A DNA stretch of 64,000 nt, from positions 39,246,001 through 39,310,000 of the forward strand of contig OX597833.1 in the NCBI GenBank assembly GCA_951406725.2, written 5' to 3'. Below are positions 40,386 to 54,770 of this stretch, in pieces. This DNA comes from Octopus vulgaris. Taxonomy: Eukaryota. Position 1 is the first letter of the stretch, and each line of letters starts with the position of its first letter. The notes beneath the pieces are model-generated. The model saw only the letters and a program-made list of their open reading frames with translations, searched no databases and was not told where the DNA came from. The position numbers and the translations under genes were made by a program.

Positions 40386-42252
40386 TCGTGCATGACTCAG
40401 TGGTTAGAGTGTCAGGCTCACAATCATGAGGTAGTAAGTTTGATTCCTGGACCGGGCTGTGTGTTGTGTTCTTGAGCAAGACACTTTATTTCACGTTGCT
40501 CCAGTTCACTCAGTTGTAGAAATGAGTTGTAAAGTCACTGGTGCCAAGCAATATTGGACTTTGTCTTTCCCTTGGATAACATCAGTGGTATGGAGAGGGG
40601 AGGTTGGTGTGCATGGGTGACTGCTGGTTCTCCATAAACAACCTTGCCCAGACTTGTGCCTTGGAAAGGAACTTTCTAGGTGCAATTCCATGGTCATTCA
40701 TGACCGAAAGAGGGTATATATATACAGGTATATTTGGAAAACACACATGCAAATGCATAACCAAAACACCAGGATTTATGGATATGTATAACCAATTTAT
40801 TGCAGATAAATATTAACAACAAAATTTTATATGGACCCCCAAGGTCAAGGATTGCTGGAAGTTATTCATGGTAGCCCCAGCCCAAAAGTTCTCTGAAGTA
40901 GACCAGTTAGTTTGGCCTTGTTAATGTCCAGAGTTTTCCCAAGAATGCTATCACTCTTGTCTCACCATTCCTCACTGTTTCTATATATTGCTAATGTAGA
41001 ACTTCTATGAATTGGATTACCCAACTTGTAGAGTGCAGTGGGCAGCTGTAAACATTCCATGTGCCAATAATACTAATAATGGTTTCAAATCTCAGTGAGG
41101 CCCACAGTTTAAGGGGAAGGGGTAAGTCTGTTACATAGACTCCAGCATATGACTGGTGCTTATTTTATTGCCCCTGAAAGGATAAAAGGTAAGGTTGACC
41201 TCGACAGCATTTGAACTCAGAGTGTAAAACCAGAAGAAATGTTGCTTAGCATTTTTTCCAGTGTGTTAATGATTCTGCCAGTTCCAAATCATATTAAAAG
41301 CCTGGTACTTTTGTCAAGGTTGGGAAGGAGAGGAAGTACATACCTATTGGTAAGGTTTTAGACTCTTGGCAAGTATGTAGCTGACCAAATCATTTGCCTT
41401 TCATTATATAACAATACTTATTGTTATTGTGTAATCTATTAAACCACTCCCTAGTATATATTTAGTACATGTTTTATTACCCACAGAGAGCAAATAACCT
41501 GAATGAACACCAGAAGTGTTTTCTTTATGCATGCATATGATCTTTAAGATTTACAAACATTTAAAACCCATGAATGACTCCAACCACTAATGAAGGTGTT
41601 TGTCAATTCTTTATTATTAAATACCAGTCATAATCTGTTATACCCCTATATGGTGAAGATGATGATGATGAAATCTGTTGCAATTTTTGACAAAGTTTTA
41701 CTCTTTTTGTTCACAAAAATACAAACACCATTATTATTTCAAATGTCAAAAATGCCAAGAGAGTTTAGATGTTATTGTTCATGGTGTCACTGTAATAGTA
41801 CTCAGAAGGTTAGCTACTGGTTGTGTTGCTGTCCCTGATTCTTAATTGTGGTTGTTGTCAGCTTGGGTCAGCAGTTGTCTATGTCTTTTAACCGTCTGCC
41901 CACCATTTAGTCTCTGCTGTCTTTCAATGCTAATCTCAAATGTTAATCTTGAACCAGCAGTACCCCTTTAGTACTCAAGGTTCTCTATCAAGTAGTCAAA
42001 GTGTGCTGAATTTATACTGAATTTATAGTTAGAAAGCAGCACACCAAAAGAGGAAATCATCGCTGGAGACTATTTCACATGAAGTCATGATTGGTCAGAT
42101 GTTGTTGATCATAAGGGTATTTATTCTAGCAAATCGCAACATGAAGTGAAGTGATCTGACTGTTGAACATTCCCATTGCACCCCTTTATTAGGTATAAAA
42201 ATCACATTCTGATATATTATTTTTCGATTTTCTTATGTATTCTAATATTATA

Positions 42253-42818
42253 TTGGGTTGTCCGGAAAGTTTGTGCCGATTTTTAAAGGAAAGAAAATGG
42301 TCAATAAATACATGCCATTACATTTTTAATCAACCAAATATGAACCATTTTATTGCACAATGCGTCTCCATCTTTCCTTTAACTTGAAAATACCCTCTTC
42401 CCAGAATTCAGGTGGTTTCATGGCAAAGAATTCATCAAGGTATCTTTTTACGTCATCCAAGGAATTGAAATTTTTACCATTAAGACTATTCTACAGAGAC
42501 CTGAATAAGTGGAAATCTGAAGGAGCAATATTTGGTGAATATGGAGGGTGGGGTAAGAAATCCCAGCCGAGCTTCAGCAATTTTTGTCTGGTTCCCAAAG
42601 CATCAAGTGCCAAAAATGAACTTTCTTATCTTCCATTTTAAAGGGTTACAGAATTAACACAGGTTATAGGAACCTTAACCTTCTTCCACGAAAAGATAGC
42701 TTAAACTGTGCTCTAAATGGAGGTGTAGTCAAATCCTATTTTATGTATTCAACCATGTTCTAAAATAAGTTGAAAGGTAAGCTACTATAAATCGGCATGA
42801 ACTTTCCGGACAGCCCAA
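42253..42818 (-). mobile_element. Internally deleted mariner element
   Basis: TIR TTGGGTTGTCCGGAAAGTTTGTGCCGATTT / AAATCGGCATGAACTTTCCGGACAGCCCAA; TA TSDs; HPPYSPNIAPSDFHLFRSL on the minus strand. Confidence 0.9.
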
Positions 42819-43191
42819 TATTTTGTTATTTTTGCCCTTTTATAATTAACCATATTCTATTTATCTCCCATCCCTACCCCAGTTGTAATTGTTCTCTCAT
42901 TAACAAGTATTTGTAAATCCCTTTGCTCTCTCTCTAATTAAAGGCCCTTGTTCCCATATCTAAACCTTTCTGCACTAATCAACAACTTTTAACTTATACT
43001 TATTAATCTTAGTACTGCTGTTGTTACTATCAGTACCACTTTACATACTTGTTTTCAGCTTAACATTAGATAACATACCATAGCATTTTAAAATGTAGAT
43101 TAGTCTGTCAAATGTAATACTTATTAGTCTATGTTGTTTTGAATTAATCATGCATTATCATGTAGCTTTGAGATTTCAATGGTGTGATTAC

Positions 43192-43597
43192 TCTTTTACT
43201 TGTTTCAGTCATTTGACTGCGGCCATGCTAGAGCACCGCCTTTAGTCAAGCAAATCGACCCCAGGAGTTATTCTTTGTAAGCATAGTACCTATTCTATCG
43301 GTCTCTTTTGCTGAACTGCTAAGTTACAGGGATGTAAACACACCAGCATCAGTTGTCAAGCGATGTTGGGGGACAAGCACAGACACACAAACACATACAC
43401 ACATGTACATATACACATAAATATAAATATATACGATGGGTTTCTTTTAGTTTCTGTCTACCAAATCCACTCACAAGGCTTTGGTCAGCCCGAGGCTATA
43501 GTAGAAGGCACTTGCCCAAGGTGCCACGCAGTGGGACTGAACCCGGAACCATGTGGTTGGTAAGCAAGCTACTTACCATGCAGCCACTCCTGTGCCT
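43192..43597 (-). mobile_element. SINE family A
   Basis: Reverse complement of 6009-6400. Confidence 0.85.
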
Positions 43598-44238
43598 GTT
43601 TATTGTTCATTTCTAGAATGACATTGTAGGCTAGGTTTGAGAAGTTGGATTTGGTCAGTTTGAACATAAAACAAGTTGAATATATGTGCCAGATAAAGAA
43701 CTCATCAAGTTTTTATATGGTATGCCTTTTACTCATTACCTATTTTTCATTAAACTTAAACTATATCAGTGTTTTCAATCTAAAGGACAATAATGACAAT
43801 ATGGCAATAGCTATCAGTAACTCAACAACTAAGAAACTGCTCACTCTTCTCTCCCCTCTTTCCCTTTTTTCCCTTCTTTTTTTCTGATCTTCAGAATCTT
43901 CTCTAATTCACTGACCTTGATAGGTCTCTCATCCCAAACAACCATCTCTTCCTTCTTTCTCTCTCTCTCTCTCTTCACCCCACACACTCACACAAAGACA
44001 TCAAGTATTCTCTATGTGTCCTAATACTATTTTCCACCCTTATTCACCTTTACATTCTTTACTCACCTCCATTGTCTTTAATTACTCCACCTCCAGTAAT
44101 TTAATACTTGCTAACGAGCTCAGACAAGCCACTCCTACAAGTGATCATCACTTCCTCCCTATCCAAACCCAACCAGGTCTCCCTCTCTCTCTGTCTCTGT
44201 CTCTGTCTCTCTTTCTCTGTCTCTGTCTCTGTCTCTGT

Positions 44239-44289
<51 letters not shown>

Positions 44290-44664
44290 ACATGTACACA
44301 CACGTCTTCTTTTACTTTTTACTTGTTTCAGTCATTTGGCTGTGGCTATGCTGGAGTATCGCCTTGAGGAATTTTTAGTCAAATGAATCATTCCTAGTAC
44401 TTATTTTTTTTTTAAGCCTGGTATTTATTATTTCAGTTTCTTTGGTTGAACTGCTAAGTTATGGGAACATAAGCACACCCATACTGGTTGTCAAGCAGTG
44501 GTGGTGGGGTAAACACAGACACAAAGACACACACACACACATATATATGATGGGCTTCTTTCAGTTTCCATCTATTAAATCCACTCGTAAGGCTTTGGTT
44601 GGCACAAGGCTGTTGTAGAAAACACTTGACCAAATGCCATGCAGTGGGATTGAACCCAACATCA

Positions 44665-45108
44665 TTGATATCCCAAAGTGTTTGGGGGAGGACATTTGGT
44701 GAAAGAGACTGAATCTGTGGAAACCAATTCTTCACAATGACAATGAACTCTGTCACAGAGCTCTCCTCACTCGTGAGTTTCTCACCAAAAACAACATGGT
44801 ATTGCTTCTGCACCTCACCTGCCCTGTTCACCAGATGTGGACTTTCACCTCTTCTCCAAGATGAAAACACAGCTCAAAGGTCACCGTTTTAAATCCATTG
44901 TTGAGATCCAGAGTGAATCACTGAAAGTCCTTGAGTCACTTATAAAAACCATTCTTCCATGCTGGATTCCAAAAGTGGCAGGAATGCTGAAACCGGTGTA
45001 TTGCTGTGCAAGGTGACTATTTTGAAGGAGTTGATATTAAAACTGAAGTAATTAAGTTATTTTTTATTAAAAATAACTAATCTAGGAACATTTTGATACT
45101 GCCTCTTA
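44665..45108 (+). pseudogene. Mariner transposase C-terminal remnant with a TIR-like end
   Basis: CCCTGTTCACCAGAT...GACTTTCACCTT (YSPDL..DFHL region), LKGHRF remnant, WxRCIAVQGDYFEG. Confidence 0.65.
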
Positions 45109-45134
45109 TATGTAAAATTATATGTAAAATTATA

Positions 45135-45495
45135 GGTGCAGGAGTGGCTGTGTGGTAAATAGCTTGCTTATGAACCACATGGTTCAGTCCCACTGCATGG
45201 CACCTTGGGCAAGTGTCTTCTACTATAGCCTTGGGCCAACCAAAGCCTTGTGAGTGGATTTGGTAAACAGAAACTACCAAAGCCTGTCATATATGCGTGT
45301 GTATATGTTTGTGTGTCTGTGTTTGTCCCCACAACATCGCTTGACAACCGATGCTGGTAACTTAGTGGTTCAGCAAAAGAATAAGAATGAGAACTAGGCT
45401 TACAAAGAATAAGTCCTGGCGTCGATTTGCTCGACTAAAGGTGGTGCTCCAGAATGGCCACAGTCAAATGACTGAAACAAGTAAAAGAGTAAAAG
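45135..45495 (+). mobile_element. SINE family A
   Basis: Colinear with 6009-6400. Confidence 0.85.
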
Positions 45496-46601
45496 ATTAA
45501 AGGTTAATGAAATATGTTATGGTGTTGATAATAGTAAAATTGGTAGAGAGATGCCAATAACTGTGGTGGTGTTGAAATTGGTGCTATATACATACATGTG
45601 TGTGTTAGTGTATATAGCCACTATTTATATGAAACATACTCTGCATCTGTGTAAACATAATTGGCAGTAGAAGTCACTATTCCTTGTCGTTATTACCATC
45701 TTCACCATTACCAGTTATGTACCTGAACCACCATTACCACCACTGCTTTTGCCACCACCACAACATGGCTACCACTGTCATCAATACCACCAACACCACC
45801 AACAACGCCACCACCATCATCACTACCAACACCACTGCCAGCACCACCACCATAAACGCTACCAGCAGCACCACCACCATAAACGCTACCAGCAGCACCA
45901 CCACCACCCCACCACAAACGCTACCACCACCACTGCCACCACCGCCATCATCACTGCTGCCACATCACCTCCAACCCAACCACCACCACCACTACCGCCA
46001 CCACCTCCACCACAAGAACTACCATCATATTCATCATATCATATTTTTGTTTTAACTTTTCTAAAAAATTTTTCTCTATTTCTATTTATGTAAATATTTT
46101 ATATTAATTTTTTTTTTTACTTTACTGCAAAACAAGGAATATAAAATCACATAAAAGACTCCAAAAATAAGAAAACAAAAACTAAAAAAAAATAATGAGT
46201 TAAAAAGATTCCAAAAATCTAATACCTAAAATGAAGAATCCAAAAATTACCCAAAATCCCAAAATTTCCCAAATCCCCAAACCAAGCAAGGATTCAGCTT
46301 GAATCAGCAAAAATAAGTTGAAATGAGAGAAATGGTTTGTTTGATGCTATTGCCATTGCAGGCGGCAGTTTAGAAAGCAATCTTTGAAATTCTTCATAAT
46401 AGAATCAGAATCAGAATGGCCATTTATAATGGCGGTACTTTTGTGAAATTACAGCACACTGTTGTTGTGTTTGTGTCTCTGTGGGTATGTGTGTGTGTGC
46501 ATGTATGTGTGTGTGTATGAATACGTGTGCATTTGTGTGTGCATCCATGTGTGTGTGTGTCTGTGTATGTGTCTGTGTATGTGTATGTGTGTGTGGATGT
46601 G

Positions 46602-46645
<44 letters not shown>

Positions 46646-46871
46646 TGTATGTTAGCGTATGGATATATGTATGCTTGAATATATGGTGATATGTGTATAT
46701 AGGTGTGTTTGTATATGTATATGTGTGTGTGTGTGCATGAGTGTGCATGTGTGTAGATGTATATTGGTGTGTTTGTGAGTGTGTGTGTATGTGTAGAATG
46801 TATGTTGTTTTGTGTGTGTTTATGAGTGTATCTGTGAATGCTTGGATGTATGTTGGTGTGCATGAAAAGCC

Positions 46872-46919
<48 letters not shown>

Positions 46920-46960
46920 TATACATACATATATATATGTATGTATGTATACTGGTGTCA

Positions 46961-47033
<73 letters not shown>

Positions 47034-47330
47034 AAATATATATATGTGTGTATGGAGGTATATTGGGGTATGTGTGTATATGTGCCTTTATATGTGTTTC
47101 AACATAGGTAAAAGTCGATATGTTTGTGAGTGGGGAGAGACTTTTCGTGTGTATGTACATTTGTGTAAAATATGTGGCAACCATGTGTGTATGGATGTAT
47201 GCTGTTATTTGTATGTATGTATACAGATATGTGTCTGTATGTATATGGATGTGCATACATGTGTGTATGTATGAAATGGTTATGTATGTGTGTATGTAAT
47301 AATGTAAATGTGAGTGTTTGTGGATTTGTG

Positions 47331-47414
<84 letters not shown>

Positions 47415-47562
47415 TATACCTATGATTCATAATCAAGGTGCAGAAATGGTGTATCCTGAATGAACAAGGTAATGTAATCTGATGGCAGAAAGAATGAAAG
47501 AATTTTGCATATTAGGTACTCCAAAGTTAGTTGGAAGGCCAGGGGTCCTTGTGAGCATGTGG

Positions 47563-47991
47563 TAAATATTAAATCCAAAAAAAGCGAAGAACAAATACAA
47601 GAAAAAAACAACACAAGGATGTGGTACATGCAAAGTATTAGCAGATGCTCAGGGAAGAAAAGAAAGGTAGTTTTACGTTTCAATTAAAGCTCTTTGTCAG
47701 AAACAGGAGATGGAGGAAAGTACAAGGGAAAAGGAAGACGGAAGAAAAAAATCGCCAATGATCCACTTGTGGTTACAGTAACCAAAAGTGGATCACTGGT
47801 GATTTTTTTTTCCTCCGTTTTCCTTTTCTCTTGAACTTTCCTCCATCTCCTGTTTCTGACAAAGAGCTTTGCTTGAAATGTAAAACTACTTTTCTTTCCT
47901 TCCCAGAGTGTCTGCTAATACTTTGTATGTACCACATCTTCGCATTGTTGCTTTTTTGTGTTTGTTCTTACTTTATTCCTTTTAGATTTTG

Positions 47992-47992
<1 letters not shown>
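47563..47992. mobile_element. Hairpin element (~210-bp arms, 1-nt centre) with an HHR motif in each arm
   Basis: Centre GGTTAC-A-GTAACC at 47771-47783; HHR GTTT-CTGACAA-A-GAGC ttt GCTT-GAAA-TGTA-AAAC at 47852-47886(+) and its mirror at 47670-47704(-); ends in (TA)n. Confidence 0.75.
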
Positions 47993-48017
<25 letters not shown>

Positions 48018-48024
<7 letters not shown>

Positions 48025-48160
48025 AATTAAACTAAATATATCTGCCTGCTGGAAATAACAGTCAAAGCTCTTATCTAAATCACCAAAAATAAGAGCTTTG
48101 ACTGTTATTTCTAGCAGGCAGACATACTTAGTATGTCCTTTGATTAATTTTAATTTTAAT
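48018..48160. repeat. Short palindrome (~60-bp arms)
   Basis: CTGCCTGCTGGAAATAACAGTCAAAGCTCTTAT / ATAAGAGCTTTGACTGTTATTTCTAGCAGGCAG. Confidence 0.85.
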
Positions 48161-48740
48161 CCTTCAGCTATTTAATGCTTTTCTTGGGCCTATGATCGCT
48201 TATATTATTAATTCTGTTATTATCATTTTTTAAAATAGTCGTTCCAGATGATAACAAAATTAATATCTTAGCAAATTAATTTTTGAGAATTATATCTTTT
48301 CTGTTGAATTGTTTGCCCCTGTATATATATGTGTGTGTGTGTGTGTGTGTATGTAAATGTATATATTTCTCAATTTCTGTTTGTGTTTGTGTGACGGACC
48401 ACCTCCCATCCAGGTGGAGAACCTATACGCCAAGGAAACCAGCTCTTATGAGCCAGGTGGGGGATGAGAAGGAACAAACAAAACAACAATATATATATAT
48501 ATATATACCTATCAGTTTGGATTACCTTGACCTAAACTCCTCATCTTCTATATCATTAGCCCTGCCTTTCAGAGCACTCATAATAAGTTCCCTCCCAACT
48601 GGACATTTGCATTACCATAGCTTCAGCCCTTATTTCAACTGGGATCCTAGTAGCTTGGAGAACTCAGACTACATACCTATTAGTTTGGGTTACTTTTGCC
48701 TAAACTCCTCTTCTACATGTGTGTGTGTGTATGTGTGTGT

Positions 48741-49530
48741 GTGGTCTGACTGATCAATAAATATTCGAACTGTTGCCATAGTAACAAAGCTAAAGTATGC
48801 AGAGTGAATCCACTTGGCACAGATTGACCTTCAACTCTGTTGTGCTTGTGTATTAAGTTTAACATTCTAGATTACTTTTGCTGCTTACAGCAGTACTTGG
48901 AAGTAACATGTGTAGCATGTATTTATCACATTGACCATAACAAAAAGTTGAGCAGAGAATCTGCATCAAATTTTGCCAAAAGCTTGGTGATATCTGTTCA
49001 GAGGCCTACACAGAGTTTTCAAAATATTTTCATATCCAAATCTTCAATAATAATCGACTGAACTGATGTGTAACTAATCTGCACATCCTCTGATAACTCA
49101 ATGATGGTTATTCAATGATTTCTCTCGCAGCTGCATGCACATCTGCAATGTTCTTCTAAGTTCTGTTGGTTGCAGGTCTCCCAGAATGCTTGTCAATATC
49201 GTCATATTTCAGCTCTCTTGGAAACCTCTGTACCATTCATACACTTATGTACAGCTCATACACTCCTCTCCATACTCTTTCTGCAACTTTGTGTAGGCCT
49301 CTGAGCAGGTATCGCCATGACAGCTTTCTCTGTCATGGTCAATGTGGCAATCATATGCTACACACCTTCCTTCCAAGCACTGCTGTAAACAGTGGAAGTG
49401 AGCTAGAACATTAAAACTTAGTGCACCTGCACAGCAGAGGTTAAGGTCAGTATATGCCAAGCAGCTTCACTGCATGTTTTAGCTTCGTTACTATGGTAAC
49501 AGTCTGGATATTTATTGATCAGACCTCGTA
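48741..49530. mobile_element. Mariner-derived non-autonomous element with ~200-bp inverted ends
   Basis: CTGATCAATAAATAT...CCATAGTAAC at the left end is mirrored at the right end; the interior has inverted 5' transposase remnants. Confidence 0.75.
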
Positions 49531-49806
49531 TATATTTGTGTGTATGTGTGAGTGTCAACATGTATGTATATGTGATTGTGAAAAGTTCCCAATGAATGTA
49601 GTGGCCATCATTCATTTCTATAATGTACCTTATTGTCTATCAAGTGTAATAGTGGGGAACAGAAATCTATGATTTTCAAATGGGGTCAAATGACCTCTCA
49701 TATTTTTAGAGCTTATTTAAAAAAAAATAATTAGACCTTTGAAGATTGTATAAAATGCCTTTGGTGCTCTTGGACATGGTGAAACCCATCCTTCTTCAGC
49801 TTAGAC

Positions 49807-50061
49807 CACTGGTTCTCAATTTGGGTTCATATGACCCTTAGGGGTCTGCAAAAGGTTTTATTGTTAAAATTTATGTGAAATAAATAAGTTATACTTCTAC
49901 AAAGCACAAAATATTTTAACAATATTTTTAATACAATTTCTAATTATATCTAATTACAAAAATGTAATGGAATGTTTTTAGACACAGAATGGCTATGAGG
50001 GTCCATCTAAGTAAAACAAGAATCAAAGGGTGAATGGGCAAAAAATGGTTGGGAACACCTA
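49807..50061. mobile_element. hAT-type MITE
   Basis: Ends CACTGGTTCTCAA / TTGGGAACACCTA; 8-bp TSD GCTTAGAC/GGTTAGAC. Confidence 0.6.
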
Positions 50062-50102
50062 GGTTAGACCTTCCAGAAGAGAGGGAGTCAGACAGAGAGA
50101 AA

Positions 50103-50163
<61 letters not shown>

Positions 50164-50806
50164 TACACCCCTAGTATAGATAGCCAAAATGATTACCACA
50201 AGACAGTCTGATGCTCTAATGACCCCTACTAATCACCCATCTTAAATTATAATTTATTCCATCCTGAATAATTAGTAAGTCGTCCATAAATGATAGAAAG
50301 TCATCCTTATTTTTTCAAAATTCTTAACCATACAGCCATGCCTGTCCATAAAATAAAACCGATGCCATCACCATTACACTCACACATACAAAGAATTCCA
50401 CCAAATATTTTTTGCTACTATAAATTTTATGTTTCAAAGAATTTGTTCCAATATATATATATACATAGTATATTAAATATTATTAAAGTTAATGTATGTT
50501 AGTCCTTACACCTTTCACTCCTGTTTTGCTGCATGTTTGTGTTTTTATAGAATTGTGTTTGCTGGCATATAATTTTATTTTCATAGAAATATTTGGTTTT
50601 GAAAGCTACTACAAATATTTTGTTTCTGTTTGACAGAATAGCAATTACTAAACGTTTCAAATAGCAAAATAGTTTTGTTCAACCAATAACATCTATGAGA
50701 AGTTTGATGCAGAAGGGACCATGAACAAAAAGAAAAAGATATATTTGAGAAGCACTTGCTAAATCACAGTTTTGATCGATCTCTCTCTCTCTTTCTCTCC
50801 CTCCAT

Positions 50807-50841
<35 letters not shown>

Positions 50842-51199
50842 ACTGTTTATGTCTCTGTCACTCTGTCTCTCTGTCTGCTTCTCACACTCTACTACTTATT
50901 TAACAGTAGTTCCAGGCCTGTCGCCAGACTTTGATACCTGGTCGATGCTTCAGAATATTCTGTGTAGGTACTAATTTTTGTAAACTGCATTTTTGTAAAC
51001 CATTTTCTAAATCTGAAGGTGCACCATTAAATAATGAGGGGGAAGTGCCATCCAGTGCACCCCCTTAGCAATGGGCATGGGTAGTTCTGTGAACACAATG
51101 CTAAAACAAACTAGTTTCAATCAAAATATTCTTGGGTATGGCTATGGTCTTTGATATTATTTTCCTCATCTTTTCATTCTTTTTTTTTCTTTATCAGTC

Positions 51200-51670
51200 A
51201 AACTACCTACTATCTACTTATCTACCTACCAATTTGCTTACCTATCTACTTACCTGTCCATGCACCTATTTACCAATCAATGTATTTACCTACCTACCAA
51301 TGTACCTACCTACCTACCTACCTACCTACCTACCTACTTACCTACCTACCTACCTACCTACCTACCTACCTACCTATCTACCTACCTACCTACCTACACA
51401 TCTACCTACCTACCTACCTACCTACCTACCTACCTACCTACCTACCTACCTACTAACCTACCTACATACCTACCTACCTACCTACCTACCTACCTACCTA
51501 CCTACCTACCTACCTGCCTACCCACCTACCTACCTACCTACCTACCTACCTACATACCTACCTACCTTCCTACCTACCTTCCTACCTACCTACCTGTTTA
51601 CATTTATACCTATGTACCTACTAACATACCTACATACATACCTATCTATCAAACTATCTACCCACTTATT
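51200..51670. repeat. (CCTA)n array
   Basis: Direct reading. Confidence 0.95.
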
Positions 51671-51713
51671 AACCTAACTACTTAAATAAGTATGTATGTT
51701 CCTCCTTACCTAT

Positions 51714-51913
51714 ACATGAGGGGGTGCTGAAAAGTTCCTGGCTTTAAGGGGAGTGGGAAAGACCTGGTTGGGGCCCCAACCTTCTGAGTTCTTTTACAGG
51801 GCTTAGAAAAACTGAAGGACCATTAATGGAAATATGTTGAATAAAATCATAATTACCTGAACTACCTTTATTTTCTTTTACCCAAAGCCAGGAACCTTTC
51901 ATCCCCACCTTGT
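51714..51913. mobile_element. Small Tc1/mariner-type MITE
   Basis: TIR GAGGGGGTGCTGAAAAGTTCCTGGCTTT / AAAGCCAGGAACCTTTCATCCCCACCTT. Confidence 0.7.
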
Positions 51914-52129
51914 ATACATACATGAACATAGACAAGCATACATAGAAACCTATCTCTCAACCTACCTATATAACTACCCATCTATTTACTGATATACCTG
52001 TATACCACTCCCTTCACTTCTCTCTCTTTCATTCTAAAAGAATATTTTTTCCAATTTATGTCCAATAGTGAATAACTGATAACCATGGTGTGATATCAAA
52101 TGACTATGATATTTCCTAAAAAAATAAAT

Positions 52130-53060
52130 AAATAATATTACAATACAATATATACCTATGGTAATGTATCACGTGATAGTGATATTTTGTATATGAAATA
52201 CTATAATATATCTGTAGTGTAATATCAATGACAGTAATATTTTCCATAAAATATTTACAATATACTATATATGTGGTGTAATATCTGAGCGCAGCAATAT
52301 TTGTACATAAAATACTGTGATATACTATATCTGTTGTGCAATATCAGATGACAGCATGGTGTAATATCAGATATCACTGTAACATCAGTTGATATTGGTA
52401 TTTGTATGTAAAATATTGTAATATATTATACTTGTGGTGTAATATCAATGACAGTGATATTTCTAAAAATACTGTTATACATTATCAATGATAATATATC
52501 ACCTGTGTACAAAATACTATAATATACCTGACACGTAGTATAATATTAATGACAGTGATATTTTCCATAAAATACTACCACAAGCTATATCTGTGGTGTA
52601 ATATCTGATCACAGTGATATTTGTACATAAAATACTGTGATATATTATATCTGTTGTGTAATATCAGCAATAACAGATGACAGCATGGTGTAATAACAGA
52701 TACCACTGTAACATGAGATGACTGTGGTATTTGTATATAAAATACTGTAATATACTATACCTGTAATTTAATATCAATGACATTGATATCAGATGGCAGT
52801 GATATTTGTATATAAAATATTGTAGTATACTGTATCTGTAGAATAATATCAGATAACAGTGACATTTGTATACAAAATACAACAATATACTATATGTAGT
52901 ATCAGATGGCAGTGATATTTGAATATGGAATATTTTGGTATTATACTATATCTGTAGAGTAATATTTGTAGATATTTGTTTATAAAATATTGTAGTATAC
53001 TATATCTGTGCTGTAATATCAGGTGGTACTGACATTTGTATAGAATTCTACAATATACTA
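52130..53060. repeat. Degenerate ~58-bp minisatellite
   Basis: Unit approximately ATACTATATCTGTGGTGTAATATCAGATGACAGTGATATTTGTATATAAAATACTGTA, about 15 copies. Confidence 0.85.
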
Positions 53061-54692
53061 TAATTTAGGCACACAATGAAACATGTTTTTATACATAAAT
53101 AAATTCTTTTTCATAATTGCAGTTAAAGAAATATCAATAACAGGACTGACATATAGTTCAATGGATGTTCCTGACAAATGGTTTTTTGGGACAATATTAC
53201 AAATTCCTCACATCTTCAACTTTCCTCTCATTCATCGCTGGAGTTACTCCTTTTATTTGACACTATTAACACAGCTGATGCATAGAAAGGCGCCAAAAAC
53301 CATGAAGTGTCAACTCCCTACGAGAACTCTATATTTTAGAGGAGGAATAGAAATGAAGCTGAAATGTTGCAAAGTGATTTTCACACAATCTTCTTTTGAA
53401 CATCAAAGCCCAACAAAATGTCCACTCATATATAACTTGCAATTATCTATAAACAATGGCATTACATTTGAATTTAGGCCAGCAATCTTTACATAACTGG
53501 CACTTACAGATATATTGTAGTTGTGTGGACATTATCCACTGTTGTTGTTAGCCCTTCCTTCAGATCACTTTGATTCAGTAGATTTCTGATCAAAGACAGT
53601 CTGTAACCATTCCATCTTGTTTATTGTTTTTTTTATTTTTTTATTTCAGGCAGTGTATCTAGAACTATATTATCCAATGTGGTATATATTTTTTTAAAAA
53701 TTGATGTGATTTCACAAGAGCTTTAGCTGTTATTTCTAGGCGGTACAGAGACTGCGTAGAAGCTCCCTTGTTGGTTTATTGATCTTTAGTATAGTTATTT
53801 CTGTTGTTCAACCCTAGGTCAGCCCTAATACAGCAGATCTATAACCAATGTCATTAACTTTAGTACTATTTAGCTTTGCTTCTCTGAATTCTGAGCTTGA
53901 ATTTTATCAGCATTAACATGTCCAATATCAATAAAATAAGTACCAGTCATGAACTGGGGTAGATACCATTGTCTTACTGAATTTTCTTCTATGCAAGTCT
54001 GTGACCGTGTCAGTCTTGATTTATCAGGATCTTCTCACTGCTAAAAATTCTGACATGGATGTTACCTGTATCAGACCATGGGATTGCACCTAGAAAGTTA
54101 CCCTTCCAGGCACAAGTCCGGGCAAGGTTGTTTATGGAAAATCAACAGTCGCCCATGCATACCAACCTCCCCTCTCCGTGCCACCAGTGTTATCCAAGGG
54201 AAAGGCAAAGGCCGATACAGCTTGGCACCTGTGACATCTCAACTCATTTCTACAGCTTAGTGAACTGGAGCAATGTGACATAAAGTGTCCTGCTCAAGAA
54301 GAGCACAACACACAGCCCAGTTCAGGAATCGAACTCACTACCTCACGATCATAAGCTCGATGCTCTAACCACTGAGCCATGCTAAAAAGTAGATCTTTAC
54401 ATTTGCTTGCTTCACATCCTTGATGATTATATGAAGTTAGTTACTGTTAAGATTTCATCTCTGGTTGGGTATTCACTGTTTGAGTTACAGAGGCAAAACT
54501 CCTTAGCTGTTATTGGTTCTCTCAGACTAGTGAGACTAATCTTGATGATGTTTGGCTTGAAAATCTGAAGGTTGATTACTATATGTATGGAAAGCGTGGC
54601 CAGAATTGATACTCCAAGAAGCTAAGGATAAGAGTTTTGATAAGAATCTGTACAGTTTCTTGCAAAAATTATATATATATATAAATATGAAT

Positions 54693-54725
<33 letters not shown>

Positions 54726-54770
54726 ATTAAATAAATGGAGTTGAATGCAGATGCTATTCAAATTCTTTTA

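Noticed and set aside
51200-51670. Telomere-like repeat
   Set aside because: Unit is CCTA, not TTAGGG or TTAGG; an ordinary interstitial microsatellite
53083-53496. 137-aa non-repetitive ORF
   Set aside because: No recognisable motif or splice support; compatible with chance
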